From contig JBQTHX010000055.1 in assembly GCA_052389415.1 (NCBI GenBank), positions 1 through 64,000 on the forward strand: 64,000 nucleotides of DNA, written 5' to 3'. Below are positions 1 through 10,912 of the stretch, piece by piece. Made by a program: the position numbers and the translations under genes. The stretch is from Nitrosopumilaceae archaeon (GTDB lineage: Archaea; Thermoproteota; Nitrososphaeria; Nitrososphaerales; Nitrosopumilaceae). The notes below the pieces were generated by a model, which was not told where the DNA came from, did no database searches, and saw only the letters and a list, made by a program, of their open reading frames with translations. Position 1 is the first letter of the stretch. Every line of letters begins with the position of its first letter.

Positions 1-53
1 GAGCACCTACAAAGCATTAATATTCTAACATAAGTTAAGCTCTACAGTTCAAG

Positions 54-911
54 TTGGTGGATAGAAAAAATTTCGAAATAAATCCGCTATTAAAAGACTA
101 TAAGCAATATCTTGAAAAGATAAATGACGCATTAAAACGTGAACTTGATCTCTATTCTGCATCAGAATTTTTGGAACCTTTACAATACGCCCTCGATGGA
201 GGAAAACGGATACGACCACTCATCTTGTTACTTTCGGCAGAAAGTGTGGGAAATTGTGATGAAAATGCATATGCTGCTGCTTGTGCAGTCGAATTACTTC
301 ACACAGAATCAGTCATTCATGATGACATTATTGATAATGAGACATTAAGGAGGAGAAAGGATCCATTCCATATCAAATATGGATATAACACAAGCATCCT
401 CACAGGAGACTTTGTCCTTGGGTTAATCCTAAACATAGCATCAAGAATTAACAATCCACGAATAGCTAGTGAACTTGCAACAACTGCAATGATGATGAGT
501 GATGGCGAGATGATAGAAACGAGATTAGAATCAAGCGAGGACGTTACATTTGATGACTATATCAAAGTGATGGAATACAAAACAGCCACCGCTTTTGAAG
601 CGGCGTCAAAAATTGGAGCCATACTTGGAGGTGGAACAGAAGATCAGATATTGGCATTAGCAGAATATGGAAAAAATGTAGGAATTGCATATCAAATTCA
701 TGATGATTTGCAAGACTGGAATAATGAAGACAAATTATTCAACGTATTAATAAAGAAAAGCTCTGATCCGCGAGATGTTTTCAATCACATGGATTATTTG
801 CTAAAAGATTATTCTTTAAAATCAAAAACTGGCCTGAGAAAAATAAAGGAAGGACAGGCCAAATCTCATTTAGAGAATCTCTTAGATTTAACTATGTTTA
901 AGGTACAGTAG
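54..911 (+). CDS. Polyprenyl diphosphate synthase (trans-prenyltransferase)
   Basis: GGKRIRP, HDDIID...RRR, KTA and YQIHDD motifs; C-terminal region after the second Asp motif is short. Confidence 0.92.
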   Translation: MVDRKNFEINPLLKDYKQYLEKINDALKRELDLYSASEFLEPLQYALDGGKRIRPLILLLSAESVGNCDENAYAAACAVELLHTESVIHDDIIDNETLRRRKDPFHIKYGYNTSILTGDFVLGLILNIASRINNPRIASELATTAMMMSDGEMIETRLESSEDVTFDDYIKVMEYKTATAFEAASKIGAILGGGTEDQILALAEYGKNVGIAYQIHDDLQDWNNEDKLFNVLIKKSSDPRDVFNHMDYLLKDYSLKSKTGLRKIKEGQAKSHLENLLDLTMFKVQ

Positions 912-2388
912 AAATCGTTGTTATGCTTGGCACTGCAGTTTGCGTGAATTGAATAATTGGATCTGGATAGACACCTATTGCTACCATAAAGATAATTGAA
1001 AATATCATAACACCTATTATTGATTTTGGTTCTTTTACTCTCTTATCTGATTCGCCTTCTTCAAAATACATCTTTCTAATAATCCAACCATAGTATGCTA
1101 GTGAAAGTGCACTATTTAGTACTCCAGATATGGCAAGATATGGAGCCCATGAGACAATTGAACCTGCATCGATAGCAGAACCAAATAACATTAGTTTACT
1201 CCAAAATCCATTCAAGGGGGGAACACCAGCTAGTGCAAGAAGTGAAACGACTAATCCAATTGATGTTATCGGCATTCTTTTTCCAAGGCCACGTATTTTA
1301 TCCAGATGTGAAACAGCTAGAGTTGTGATTATTCCAGCCGCGGCAATAAAGGCTGCACCTTTCATAACTGAGTGATTTAGTATATGGAAAAGTGATGATT
1401 GGATTCCTATTTGTGAAAAGGGTGCAATGCTCAAACCTATCAGAATGTATCCTGCTTGTGCTATGCTTGAGTATGCTAGCATCCTGGTGAGGTTCTTTTG
1501 CATAATTGCTGCAATGTTACCTATTGTCATTGTCATTATGGCAATAATTCCAAGCGCAAATGTCCATTCCAAATTAAGTGCGACTGTTCCCATAACAATA
1601 ACACGCAACGCAGCAGCAAATCCAGCTTTCTTTGTTCCCGCAGCAAGAAGTGCAGATATTGTTGTCGGTGATCCCTCGTATGTATCTGGCAACCACATGT
1701 GAAACGGTACTAGTCCCATCTTGAATCCAAATCCTGCAATGAACATTGCAACTGATAGTAGTGCAAGAGGCATCATATCGGATTCAAGCTGAGAGAATCC
1801 GGAAATTACTTCGGCAATGTTTGTTGAACCTGTAAGACCGTATGCAATGGAGATACCATAAATTATTATGGCAGACGATAAAGCACCAAACAAAAAGTAT
1901 TTGAGAGCAGCTTCATTTGAAGTTGGATCCTTTTTCATAAATCCTGCAAGAACGTATGTTGGAATGCTCATGAGTTCCCAAGCAACAAATAACATTACCA
2001 AGTCTGTGGAATATGCAATAAGCACCATTCCAACTGACGCAAGTAAGATCAGAGAGTAGTATACAGCTGGATGTGATTTTCCTCTCATGTAATTAAACGA
2101 GCCAACTGTTGTCATGATTGATACTATAAGCATAGCAATTGCAAAAAACGCCCCAAACATGTCATCGACTAAAACATTTTCTGAAAATATTGCTGCGGGA
2201 ATTACCTTATTCATTATTATTTGATATACAACAAAACCTATTGCAGAAATTAATGCACCAAATGTTATTGCACCATAAAATGAAGAAGACCCTTTGTCCT
2301 TTCGTATAACGCTAATTACTGGAAGAATTACACCAATAGTTCCCAGTATTATAGTTAGAATGATTGGTGTTGAAGTAAAGTCTATCAT
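898..2388 (-). CDS. nuoN: NADH-quinone oxidoreductase subunit N
   Basis: Antiporter-like subunit (EAALKYF, FKMGLVPFHMWLPDTYEG); last gene of the nuo operon. Confidence 0.95.
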   Translation of the reverse strand: MIDFTSTPIILTIILGTIGVILPVISVIRKDKGSSSFYGAITFGALISAIGFVVYQIIMNKVIPAAIFSENVLVDDMFGAFFAIAMLIVSIMTTVGSFNYMRGKSHPAVYYSLILLASVGMVLIAYSTDLVMLFVAWELMSIPTYVLAGFMKKDPTSNEAALKYFLFGALSSAIIIYGISIAYGLTGSTNIAEVISGFSQLESDMMPLALLSVAMFIAGFGFKMGLVPFHMWLPDTYEGSPTTISALLAAGTKKAGFAAALRVIVMGTVALNLEWTFALGIIAIMTMTIGNIAAIMQKNLTRMLAYSSIAQAGYILIGLSIAPFSQIGIQSSLFHILNHSVMKGAAFIAAAGIITTLAVSHLDKIRGLGKRMPITSIGLVVSLLALAGVPPLNGFWSKLMLFGSAIDAGSIVSWAPYLAISGVLNSALSLAYYGWIIRKMYFEEGESDKRVKEPKSIIGVMIFSIIFMVAIGVYPDPIIQFTQTAVPSITTISTVP

Positions 2389-2397
2389 TTTTTTCTC

Positions 2398-4479
2398 CTA
2401 AATTAATAGCAATAACACTACAAAGAGTATTCCTGCTCCAAATACATACAAATATGATTGCGAAATTCCAGTTTGAGTCCCTTGAATAACTTTAGCGCTC
2501 CATCCTATCGCTTTTTCTGAACCCTTGTTCATACCATCTATTACAGTGCTTTCCAGATATCTCCAGATCCCTCTTGCAAAAAACAATGGCGCAGTTACAA
2601 ATGACCAGTAAATTAAGGAATTAAGATACCATCTATTTAGGAAAAATTTGTGTATTGCATAGAAAAACAAATTTGAGTTTACAAATTTTACTGGATCTAC
2701 AAATCGCCCTATATAGAAAATATATCCAAGACCAAAACCAACTGCAAATGCAATAAGCGATGCCATCAAAGCAATTGGGTTTATGCCCGACAAGAATCCT
2801 CCAAGAGCTAACTCTGATTCAATAGCAACTTCATGTTCTGTGGTTATTCCAAATGTGTGATCTAGATATTCAGTGAAGAGATGATGTATTCCCTCTTCTG
2901 CAGCCAGACCGATTATACCAATTCCTATTGTTAGTACTGCGAGTATGCCATAAGGTACCCACATTGATGCACTTGCCTCATGAATATGATGTCCTTCTTT
3001 TTCCATTTTTTCTATGTGTTTGCTCTTGTTTCCAAAAAATACCATCCCTATCATTCTTGTAGTATAAAATGCAGTTATGATTGCGGTAACAAGTGCAATT
3101 GCAAATATTGGCATTGCCCAAGTATTTCCAGATTCATAAACAGCTGCAAATATCGCATCCTTGCTCCAAAATCCTGTTGTAATAAATGGGGCACCCATTA
3201 GAGCGAGGCCAGCTGCCCACATAAACGCGTAAGTCTTTCTCATATGTTTTCTTAATCCTCCCATATCGGTCATGAATCTGGAACCTACAATATGTAACAG
3301 CGAACCAGCTGCCATAAACAAAGAGGCTTTGAACATAGCATGAGATATCAAATGGAAAAATCCAGCAGTATACCCATCAACAAATTGTTGTGAAAGTCCA
3401 GCTATTCCTAGTGCCATCATCATATATCCAATCTGAGAACCTGTAGAATATGCAAGAACTTTCTTGATCTCAGGAGAAACCATTCCTTGAGTTGCAAGCA
3501 AGAGTGCAGTGATGGCACCTACCCAGGCTATTATTTCAAAGAATTGGTCCATTGCAATTCCAACTGCTGCCAGTGCAAAGAATAGTGGTCCTAGTCTTGC
3601 TACTAAAAAGACACCCGCTTTTACCATCGTAGCTGCATGGATCAAAGCAGATACTGCAGTGGGACCAGTCATGGCTTCAAGTAACCATTCGTTTAACGGA
3701 AATTGTGCAGACTTGCCAATAGCACCACCAAAAAGTAAAACGGCTGCTGGCACCAAAAGGCCTTGGGCAGACATTGAAGTAGCCCATGTAGTGTCATTAA
3801 TTAATTCTCTAAAGCCAAATGTTCCAGCAAACGCGAAAATTAAAAACATTCCAGCAAGCATCATGATGTCTCCGACTTTGGTCATGATGAAGGCCTTCAT
3901 TCCTGCATGAGTTGGAGAGTAGTACTGCAATACACCAAGTGCAGAATATCCTTCGGTTCCAACATGATCTTTCTTTTTGTCTTGATACCAAAAGCTTATC
4001 AGAGCATATGAGGCAAGACCCACCCCCTCCCATCCAAAGAATAATTGTAAAAAGTTATCAGACAAGACAATAAGTTGCATTGAACCTATAAAGAACATCA
4101 TCCAGAACCAGAATCTTGTGATGTTCTTGTCTCCTTTCATATAGCCAGTACTGTAAACCATAATCAAAAATGAAATCCAGCCAACAACGTTAGCCATTAA
4201 AACAGCAAGTGGATCAGCTAAGATTCCTGCTTTCAGTCCTATTGATGATATCCAAGGTATCTGATCATGTACTTCATTTCCTTCAAGTGCGGATGGTAAT
4301 AGAGTTGCAGCTGAAATTGCACTCATCAGTGCGAATGCTACTGCGACTGCACTAGTTCCTCTCCTAGAAAACTTTGCAACACCTGGAATAATAAGAGCCG
4401 CAACAAATGGCAAAATCCAGATTGCCCAGCCATTAACAGCCCCCTCTCCTAATTCGTATCCTGCAATTTCAAAGGCCAT
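2398..4479 (-). CDS. nuoL: NADH-quinone oxidoreductase subunit L
   Basis: GWEGVGLASY, GKSAQFPL, AMTGPTAVSALIHAATMV motifs. Confidence 0.95.
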   Translation of the reverse strand: MAFEIAGYELGEGAVNGWAIWILPFVAALIIPGVAKFSRRGTSAVAVAFALMSAISAATLLPSALEGNEVHDQIPWISSIGLKAGILADPLAVLMANVVGWISFLIMVYSTGYMKGDKNITRFWFWMMFFIGSMQLIVLSDNFLQLFFGWEGVGLASYALISFWYQDKKKDHVGTEGYSALGVLQYYSPTHAGMKAFIMTKVGDIMMLAGMFLIFAFAGTFGFRELINDTTWATSMSAQGLLVPAAVLLFGGAIGKSAQFPLNEWLLEAMTGPTAVSALIHAATMVKAGVFLVARLGPLFFALAAVGIAMDQFFEIIAWVGAITALLLATQGMVSPEIKKVLAYSTGSQIGYMMMALGIAGLSQQFVDGYTAGFFHLISHAMFKASLFMAAGSLLHIVGSRFMTDMGGLRKHMRKTYAFMWAAGLALMGAPFITTGFWSKDAIFAAVYESGNTWAMPIFAIALVTAIITAFYTTRMIGMVFFGNKSKHIEKMEKEGHHIHEASASMWVPYGILAVLTIGIGIIGLAAEEGIHHLFTEYLDHTFGITTEHEVAIESELALGGFLSGINPIALMASLIAFAVGFGLGYIFYIGRFVDPVKFVNSNLFFYAIHKFFLNRWYLNSLIYWSFVTAPLFFARGIWRYLESTVIDGMNKGSEKAIGWSAKVIQGTQTGISQSYLYVFGAGILFVVLLLLI

Positions 4480-4482
4480 AAT

Positions 4483-6045
4483 CTAAACTCCTACCACTCC
4501 TTTCATGAAAGGAATAATTTGATCAAAGAAAATATCGGGATAGATTCCTACTACAATAGTGAATCCTGCCAATACCATCATTGGGGCAGTAATGTACCAG
4601 TTTGCTTCTTTTGTGTTTGAAAGGTTTTCTGGGAGTTTTCCAAAAAATACACGTTTCATCATCCACAAGATGTAAGCCATGGTGATCACGGTAGAAACCA
4701 AGCCCAAGCCAAATGTAACCATTCTAATTGTAGAGCCTTCTCCGATGGCTGTTTGTAATGCACCGTAAAATAGAGTCCATTCTCCCATAAATCCACTAGT
4801 TGGTGGAACTCCCATAATTGTAAGAGCCCCAATCATTGCACAAACTGCTGTGATAGGCATCTTTCCAGCCAATCCCCCTAGTTTAGCCATACTTCTGGTA
4901 CCAACTTGTAATATTACAGCACCTGCCATCATGAAGAGCAAACCCTTACCCAAACCGTGTGACACATACATCATTTCTGAGCCTGCAAGTCCTAACGCAG
5001 ATGCAGAACCAATTCCAAATAGCAGATAACCCATCTGACTAATGCTAGAATATGCAAATAATCTTTTGATATCGTCCTGCATCAACGCCATGGCACCGCC
5101 ATAAAGCATTGTTGCCAATCCCCAGAGATTTAGAAATAATGAAAATTGTTCGTATTGTCCCGGTAAGAGCTGAACTACCAATCTGAAAATTCCGTATGCA
5201 CCAATGCCGATCATTGCTGGTGATAATAATGCGCTTATTGGTGTTGGAGCTTCGGCATGGGCGTATGGTAACCATATATGAAATATAAACGCAGCAAGTT
5301 TTACACCAAGTCCAATTATTATTGCAACAGTTGCAAATGCAAGAACATCTGGAGGGACTCCCTCCTCCCTAATGTCAACAAAATCAAAGCTTCCAATGCT
5401 TAGTCCAATTGCTAAAAATCCTAACAGTAGAACAACCGCACCGACATGTGTCCAGAAAAAGAATAGTAATGCGATTCTTCTTCTAGCCCCATATCCATAG
5501 AATGCGATTAAAAAGAAACCAGGAATCAACATCACCTCAAAAAATACATAAAATTCTATTAGATTTGTAGCAAGTACAGTACCAAGCATTCCCATCGCAA
5601 AGACAAGATAAAGTGCAAAGTAGATTCCTATCTGATTGTTCAGATATTTTTTGAGAGCCGAGGATTCAAGGATTGCCGTGGATTGGCCATCACCTATCAG
5701 TTGTTTTTGATGGTGAAGCTTTTCTTCATATTGTTCTTTAATTTTTGCAACCATGTAAGGTTTTGAATAAATGGCTAGAACTGTGGAAAGAACATATATT
5801 ATTATTGCAAAAGGCGATGCGAGTCCATCTAGTAAAAATCCAAATTCGCCAAACATTTTAGTCCAGGGATAATGTTCTTCGTAAGTTCCAGACAATACTG
5901 GAGCAATCATTATTGTTGTACAATAAAGCAGCAATCCAAAAGTAAACCAAGTTGCTGCATTTGGTCCTGATTTTCTCCCAAGATAATATGCTACTGGTGA
6001 CAGTAACAGCGGTAAAAAGACCGCCTGCAACAATACATATTCCAT
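4483..6045 (-). CDS. nuoM: NADH-quinone oxidoreductase subunit M
   Basis: FYVFFEVMLIP and HIWLPYAHAEAPT motifs; operon position. Confidence 0.95.
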   Translation of the reverse strand: MEYVLLQAVFLPLLLSPVAYYLGRKSGPNAATWFTFGLLLYCTTIMIAPVLSGTYEEHYPWTKMFGEFGFLLDGLASPFAIIIYVLSTVLAIYSKPYMVAKIKEQYEEKLHHQKQLIGDGQSTAILESSALKKYLNNQIGIYFALYLVFAMGMLGTVLATNLIEFYVFFEVMLIPGFFLIAFYGYGARRRIALLFFFWTHVGAVVLLLGFLAIGLSIGSFDFVDIREEGVPPDVLAFATVAIIIGLGVKLAAFIFHIWLPYAHAEAPTPISALLSPAMIGIGAYGIFRLVVQLLPGQYEQFSLFLNLWGLATMLYGGAMALMQDDIKRLFAYSSISQMGYLLFGIGSASALGLAGSEMMYVSHGLGKGLLFMMAGAVILQVGTRSMAKLGGLAGKMPITAVCAMIGALTIMGVPPTSGFMGEWTLFYGALQTAIGEGSTIRMVTFGLGLVSTVITMAYILWMMKRVFFGKLPENLSNTKEANWYITAPMMVLAGFTIVVGIYPDIFFDQIIPFMKGVVGV

Positions 6046-6350
6046 TATCCTTTCAAACTCCTGAAATCTGCAATATCGATATTCTTGTACATTCTATAAG
6101 CAACTATGACTAGAGCAAGTCCTACAGCTACCTCAGCTGCTGCAATAGCAATAGAAAATAATGCAAACGTTTGTCCTTGGCTATTTGGAATAAATCTTGA
6201 AAATGCAACTACATTTAGGTTTGCTGCATTAATGATCAGTTCTATTGCGAAAAGCATCCTAATCGCGTTTCTCTTTACAGCTAATCCGTATATGCCGATG
6301 GCTAAAAGTGCCACCGAGACTAGGACAAATTCAATTAGTTCGTTGCTCAT
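6045..6350 (-). CDS. nuoK: NADH-quinone oxidoreductase subunit K
   Basis: IELIINA and AAAEVAVGLA motifs; start placed at ATG 6350. Confidence 0.95.
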   Translation of the reverse strand: MSNELIEFVLVSVALLAIGIYGLAVKRNAIRMLFAIELIINAANLNVVAFSRFIPNSQGQTFALFSIAIAAAEVAVGLALVIVAYRMYKNIDIADFRSLKG

Positions 6351-6843
6351 TTGTAACATCCTCTCTTCTAGCCAAAGTTAAAGCACCAATTACGGCAGTT
6401 GTCAAAATTAATGCCATTACAACAAGCGCAGGTGAATAATATGTAAGAAAGTCTTTTCCTATTTCTTTAAAGTCAATAGTAGGAGCATCGACTTCCATTG
6501 ATTTTAGCCCTGAACCAATAATTATAGTGCCTATTCCAAGCATAATTACTATCATTAAGCCAATACCTGCGTATCTTCTGCGAGGATCTTCAATTTTGTT
6601 AAAGATAAGTTCTCGTCGCACAAGCATTACAGTAAATAGAATAAGAACGGCAATCGATCCAACATAAACTGAAATTTGAAACATCGCTACAAATGGTGCA
6701 TCCAAAAGCAAAAAGAATCCAGCAACGCCAGATAGTGTTACCATTAATGCGATAGAACCATAAATCATTGAACGGATCTCAAGCGCGGCTATTGCAGAAC
6801 CTATTGTTAAGACAGAGATTGCAAGAAACACAGCATCAGCCAT
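6331..6843 (-). CDS. nuoJ: NADH-quinone oxidoreductase subunit J
   Basis: QISVYVGSIAVLILF motif; start placed at ATG 6843. Confidence 0.93.
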   Translation of the reverse strand: MADAVFLAISVLTIGSAIAALEIRSMIYGSIALMVTLSGVAGFFLLLDAPFVAMFQISVYVGSIAVLILFTVMLVRRELIFNKIEDPRRRYAGIGLMIVIMLGIGTIIIGSGLKSMEVDAPTIDFKEIGKDFLTYYSPALVVMALILTTAVIGALTLARREDVTNEQRTN

Positions 6844-7333
6844 GTGATGCACCTCGGTCGTCAATTTTTATTTCTACATCTTGATCTACTTTTGGCTTGA
6901 CTGCAAGTTGAGACGGAGTATAGATTAATGCCTCTTTGCTAAATGAAGAAAGTTCATAGTCGTTTGTCATGTATAGTGCATAAAATGGACATGCGTCTAC
7001 GCATAATCCACAAAAAACACATTTCCCATAATCTATCTGTGGCATGATTGATTTTTTATTATGTTTCCAAGTTTCATTTACCTTCACCATAGCTATTGCC
7101 TCAGCGATTCCTTCACATGCAATAGCACAGAGTTGACAACCAGTACATTTGTCATGAAATAATATGTGTCTCCCCTTCAACCCTGCAATTCCCACCCCTG
7201 TTTGAGGATCGAATTGAAAGCCATCTCCTATGAACTTTAATTTTTCTTCAGGATAACGTAATGTGAATCGTTTAACTGCTAGATGCTTTACACCAGAGTT
7301 AAGAGCTCTAATTATTCCTCCTGCACTTGTCAT
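6836..7333 (-). CDS. nuoI: NADH-quinone oxidoreductase subunit I
   Basis: Two CxxCxxCxxxC 4Fe-4S motifs; TLRYPEE. Confidence 0.95.
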   Translation of the reverse strand: MTSAGGIIRALNSGVKHLAVKRFTLRYPEEKLKFIGDGFQFDPQTGVGIAGLKGRHILFHDKCTGCQLCAIACEGIAEAIAMVKVNETWKHNKKSIMPQIDYGKCVFCGLCVDACPFYALYMTNDYELSSFSKEALIYTPSQLAVKPKVDQDVEIKIDDRGASHG

Positions 7334-8631
7334 TGAATTACTCCTCCAGGACCCAAGATACCTGCATAAACCAATGCTAGAGCTATAAAGATGTTAACGA
7401 ATGCTAATCCAATTAGCTTGTACCAGCCTGTGTGTAGGAGCAGATCTATTCTAATTCTTGGAAAGACACCTCTTGGTAACAAGATAACAAGAATAACTCC
7501 AATAGTTTTAATTGTAAACCACAATGTTCCGTTTAACATTTCTTGATCCAATAGAGGTAGTCCTGGTACAACCGTTGTGATAGGACCGACTTTGATTCCT
7601 TCCATGATAATTTCTTGCGGAAATGGCGGCCATACCATTGGACCATTCCATCCTCCCAAAAACAATATCGTAAACAATGCAGCAAAGGCGTATAGCTTTA
7701 GGTACGAGCCAAGTTGAACCAAACCATACATCATTCCAGAGAATTCAGTCAACCATCCAGCAACGATTTCGCTTTCTGCTTCTGGAAGATCAAATGGAAT
7801 TCTTTCTAGCTCTGCAAGTATGGTGATAAAAAACACAATAGCACCAATTGGCATGAAGATAATCCACCAATAGTGTTGTTGTGACTCAACAATTTCTGTA
7901 AGATTTAATGTTCCTGTCAAGATAACAATTCCAAGTAATGATAAAATTAATGGAATCTCAAACGAGATCATTTGGTGAAGTGCTCGTATTCCACCAATGA
8001 ATGGAAATTTGCTGTTTGCTGACCAAGATGAAAGTATCGTAATTATCGGGAAGAACCCAATTACTGCAAAAACCGCCAACAGTCCTACGTCTAGATCTGC
8101 CACTACCCATCCAGGGGCGACTGGAATTAATGAAATAAAGGCTGCTGCAGTTCCAACAAATAATAGAGGCGCAATCCAGAAGATAGGCTTGTCTGCTTTG
8201 GCTGGAATGATTATCTCTTTTGATATTAATTTTAGTCCGTCTCCCATAAGTTGTAGTATTCCCTCGATTTTTCCACAATAAAGTGGGCCTACACGAAGTT
8301 GCATCTTTGCAAGAAACTTTCTTTCTATGAAAATTGTTCCTGCTGCAAGAAGTGCTGCAAAACCAAACCCAGGAAATGCAGCTATTCTGAAAAAGTCAGT
8401 TTGCATAAGTGCTTTTATTATAGGCAGTGTACGTGACGGATCTGCTAGCCAAGTTAATGCAAGATATGGTGTAAGTAGTTTGCCGTCTATTACTGGAAGT
8501 TCAATGTAGAAAAGTACAATCAATACGATTGGCAAACCGATTAATGTAAAAATTACTACTACCCAAAAGATAAGATCCGTCAGAGAAGCTATAAATCTAC
8601 TTAATCTAAATTCTGGTGCGATGGTTGACAT
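7330..8631 (-). CDS. nuoH: NADH-quinone oxidoreductase subunit H
   Basis: ERKFLAKMQLRVGP and RIPFDLPEAESE motifs. Confidence 0.96.
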   Translation of the reverse strand: MSTIAPEFRLSRFIASLTDLIFWVVVIFTLIGLPIVLIVLFYIELPVIDGKLLTPYLALTWLADPSRTLPIIKALMQTDFFRIAAFPGFGFAALLAAGTIFIERKFLAKMQLRVGPLYCGKIEGILQLMGDGLKLISKEIIIPAKADKPIFWIAPLLFVGTAAAFISLIPVAPGWVVADLDVGLLAVFAVIGFFPIITILSSWSANSKFPFIGGIRALHQMISFEIPLILSLLGIVILTGTLNLTEIVESQQHYWWIIFMPIGAIVFFITILAELERIPFDLPEAESEIVAGWLTEFSGMMYGLVQLGSYLKLYAFAALFTILFLGGWNGPMVWPPFPQEIIMEGIKVGPITTVVPGLPLLDQEMLNGTLWFTIKTIGVILVILLPRGVFPRIRIDLLLHTGWYKLIGLAFVNIFIALALVYAGILGPGGVIQ

Positions 8632-9765
8632 TTACCTATCAGCCTCCACTGGCCAGTAGTTCAGACTCCAATAGACAGCTGGCATATTTCCAAGTTTTTC
8701 TCCTTTAAGCAAATATGGTATGCATATCAGGTTTCTAAATGAACCAACACTTATCTTGACTCGATATGGTTCTGGTTTACCATCAGATACAACATACATA
8801 CCAAGAGAACCCCTTCCGGATTCGACTCTGCGGTAGGCCTCATCATTACCACCTTTTGGATTTGGTTTCAATTTTGTTCTTACTGAACCTGATTTTGGCA
8901 TCTTTTTCAAGGCATCTTTTATTATTCTACAGCTCTCAAGCATGTCAAGATAAGGAACTCGTGATCGCGCGTATGAATCGCCTTCCTTGAGTACTTGGGT
9001 TTGGAAATCCAAATTGTCATAGACATCATAAGGTTCTTTTTTTCTTATATCAAAGTCAACACCAGCAGAACGAAGAACAGAACCAGTAGTTCCAAGTCTT
9101 ATTGCATCCATTCGTGATAAAACACCAGTACCCTCAGTTCTTTGCTTTAAAACAGGATTCTGGTAGAAAATGTCTTCGTATTCTTTTAGTCTTTTTTCAA
9201 AATAATTTATTTGCCTTAGGCATCTTTCCTCAAAGTTTGCTGGCACATCGTTTCTTACACCGCCTGGAACAAAGTAAGCATGTGTTACTCTAGCTCCAGA
9301 CATGGCTTCTAAAAGATCTATGCAGAATTCTCTATCGCCAGCAGGCCACATGAACATAGTAGAATGTCCCAAGAAAATTCCATAAATTGCAAGCCAGTAA
9401 AGAGTGTAAACACTTCGGTTCAGCTCTGATGCAATTACACGAATATACTTTGCTCGTTCTGGAACTTCAATTCCCAAAAGATCTTCTACTGCAAGACAAT
9501 ATGGATACAAAATGTTACAAGAATCATGAATAACCGGTCTTTCCAAATGGGGAATATTTTGAATATAGTTTCTATATTCTGCCATTTTTTCTTCCCCCCT
9601 ATGTACATATCCTGGATCAGGATCGCATGAAACGATATAATCACCATCAACTTTAATGATAAGTCGCATGTGACCAGAACCAGGATGTTGTGGTCCAACA
9701 TTTAACGTCATTATCCTGTCATCAGCTTTTTCAAGTTGAATTCCTGGAGGTAGTGATGTCGTCAT
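8632..9765 (-). CDS. nuoD: NADH-quinone oxidoreductase subunit D
   Basis: NVGPQHP and GYVHRGEEK motifs. Confidence 0.96.
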   Translation of the reverse strand: MTTSLPPGIQLEKADDRIMTLNVGPQHPGSGHMRLIIKVDGDYIVSCDPDPGYVHRGEEKMAEYRNYIQNIPHLERPVIHDSCNILYPYCLAVEDLLGIEVPERAKYIRVIASELNRSVYTLYWLAIYGIFLGHSTMFMWPAGDREFCIDLLEAMSGARVTHAYFVPGGVRNDVPANFEERCLRQINYFEKRLKEYEDIFYQNPVLKQRTEGTGVLSRMDAIRLGTTGSVLRSAGVDFDIRKKEPYDVYDNLDFQTQVLKEGDSYARSRVPYLDMLESCRIIKDALKKMPKSGSVRTKLKPNPKGGNDEAYRRVESGRGSLGMYVVSDGKPEPYRVKISVGSFRNLICIPYLLKGEKLGNMPAVYWSLNYWPVEADR

Positions 9766-9766
9766 A

Positions 9767-10348
9767 TTATCTTCCCTTTATACTAAAGTCCTTTCGAAAC
9801 GGAGGAATATCTGCCCAATCTTCTGGTAAGAGCAACCTTCTATTGTCTGGATGTCCTTCGAAATATACTCCAAGCATCTCAAAACATTCCCTTTCATGAA
9901 ACTCTACACTGTAGAATACATCTCTTAAGGAAGGCATTCTTGTGTTATCATTTCCAGGGTTAGGAACATCCTCTCGCTGTATCCGTGTTGCTAATGTAAG
10001 TATCTGTTTTGCCAATAGTGGTTCAGTATAAGAACCAAGATGATAAACAACCTCAATTTCTTTGGTCTTTGGATAATCAACACCTGTAACTGATTCAGCG
10101 TGATCAAAATTCAATTCATCTCGAATGAATGTTGCAACATCAACAATGTTTTCCTTTTTTGCGTTTATTCTGATTCTGTTTGGTTTTAAAAAACCAATCG
10201 TTACTACTGTTCCAAATTTAGAAACTACCCTTTCTGCAATAGATTTTTCAAATTGTGGCTCTAGAGCAGATGCATCTTTTTTGACGACATCGGGTTTATT
10301 TGTTACAGTTTCACTTGATTTTTCGTCAATTGTTTGTTCAGAACTCAT
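9767..10348 (-). CDS. nuoC: NADH-quinone oxidoreductase subunit C
   Basis: ERECFEMLGVYFEGHP...PFRKDF. Confidence 0.95.
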   Translation of the reverse strand: MSSEQTIDEKSSETVTNKPDVVKKDASALEPQFEKSIAERVVSKFGTVVTIGFLKPNRIRINAKKENIVDVATFIRDELNFDHAESVTGVDYPKTKEIEVVYHLGSYTEPLLAKQILTLATRIQREDVPNPGNDNTRMPSLRDVFYSVEFHERECFEMLGVYFEGHPDNRRLLLPEDWADIPPFRKDFSIKGR

Positions 10349-10350
10349 TA

Positions 10351-10866
10351 TTACTTGACCTTCATTCTCTTAATTTTTTCTTGAAGCAACATGCATCCTT
10401 GAATAAGAGTTTCGGGTCTAGGTGGACAACCTGGTACATACACATCCACTGGAATCACTCCGTCAATTCCCGGTAGAACGTTATACGAATCGAAGTACAA
10501 GCCCCCAGTGATTGCACATGCACCCATAGCAATGACGTATTTTGGATCAGGCATTTGATCGTACACCATTCTGAGTCGCGGAGCCATTTTTCTTGTAATA
10601 GTTCCTTGTACTACAACCAGATCACATTGTCTCAAAGAACCAAAGGCCTCAATGATTCCAAATCTTTCTACATCGAATCTTGGACCTGATGCGGCTCCAA
10701 ACTCAACACTGCAACATGCTGTTTCTATGTGCACAGGCCAAAGTGACCAGAGTCTACCCCAATTTAGGGCGTAACCTAATGGCTTGTCAATTGCTTTGAT
10801 AAGAACGTCACCCAACTTTCCAACAAATACATTTGTTGCATGGGATGAGATTAGTTCCTTTTGCAA
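10351..10866 (-). CDS. nuoB: NADH-quinone oxidoreductase subunit B
   Basis: ACCSVE, GACAITGG and PGCPPRPE motifs. Confidence 0.96.
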   Translation of the reverse strand: MQKELISSHATNVFVGKLGDVLIKAIDKPLGYALNWGRLWSLWPVHIETACCSVEFGAASGPRFDVERFGIIEAFGSLRQCDLVVVQGTITRKMAPRLRMVYDQMPDPKYVIAMGACAITGGLYFDSYNVLPGIDGVIPVDVYVPGCPPRPETLIQGCMLLQEKIKRMKVK

Positions 10867-10912
10867 TTCTTGTCCCTCCTGATTTTCTTAATCCTATTAT
10901 CTGATTTAAGAA

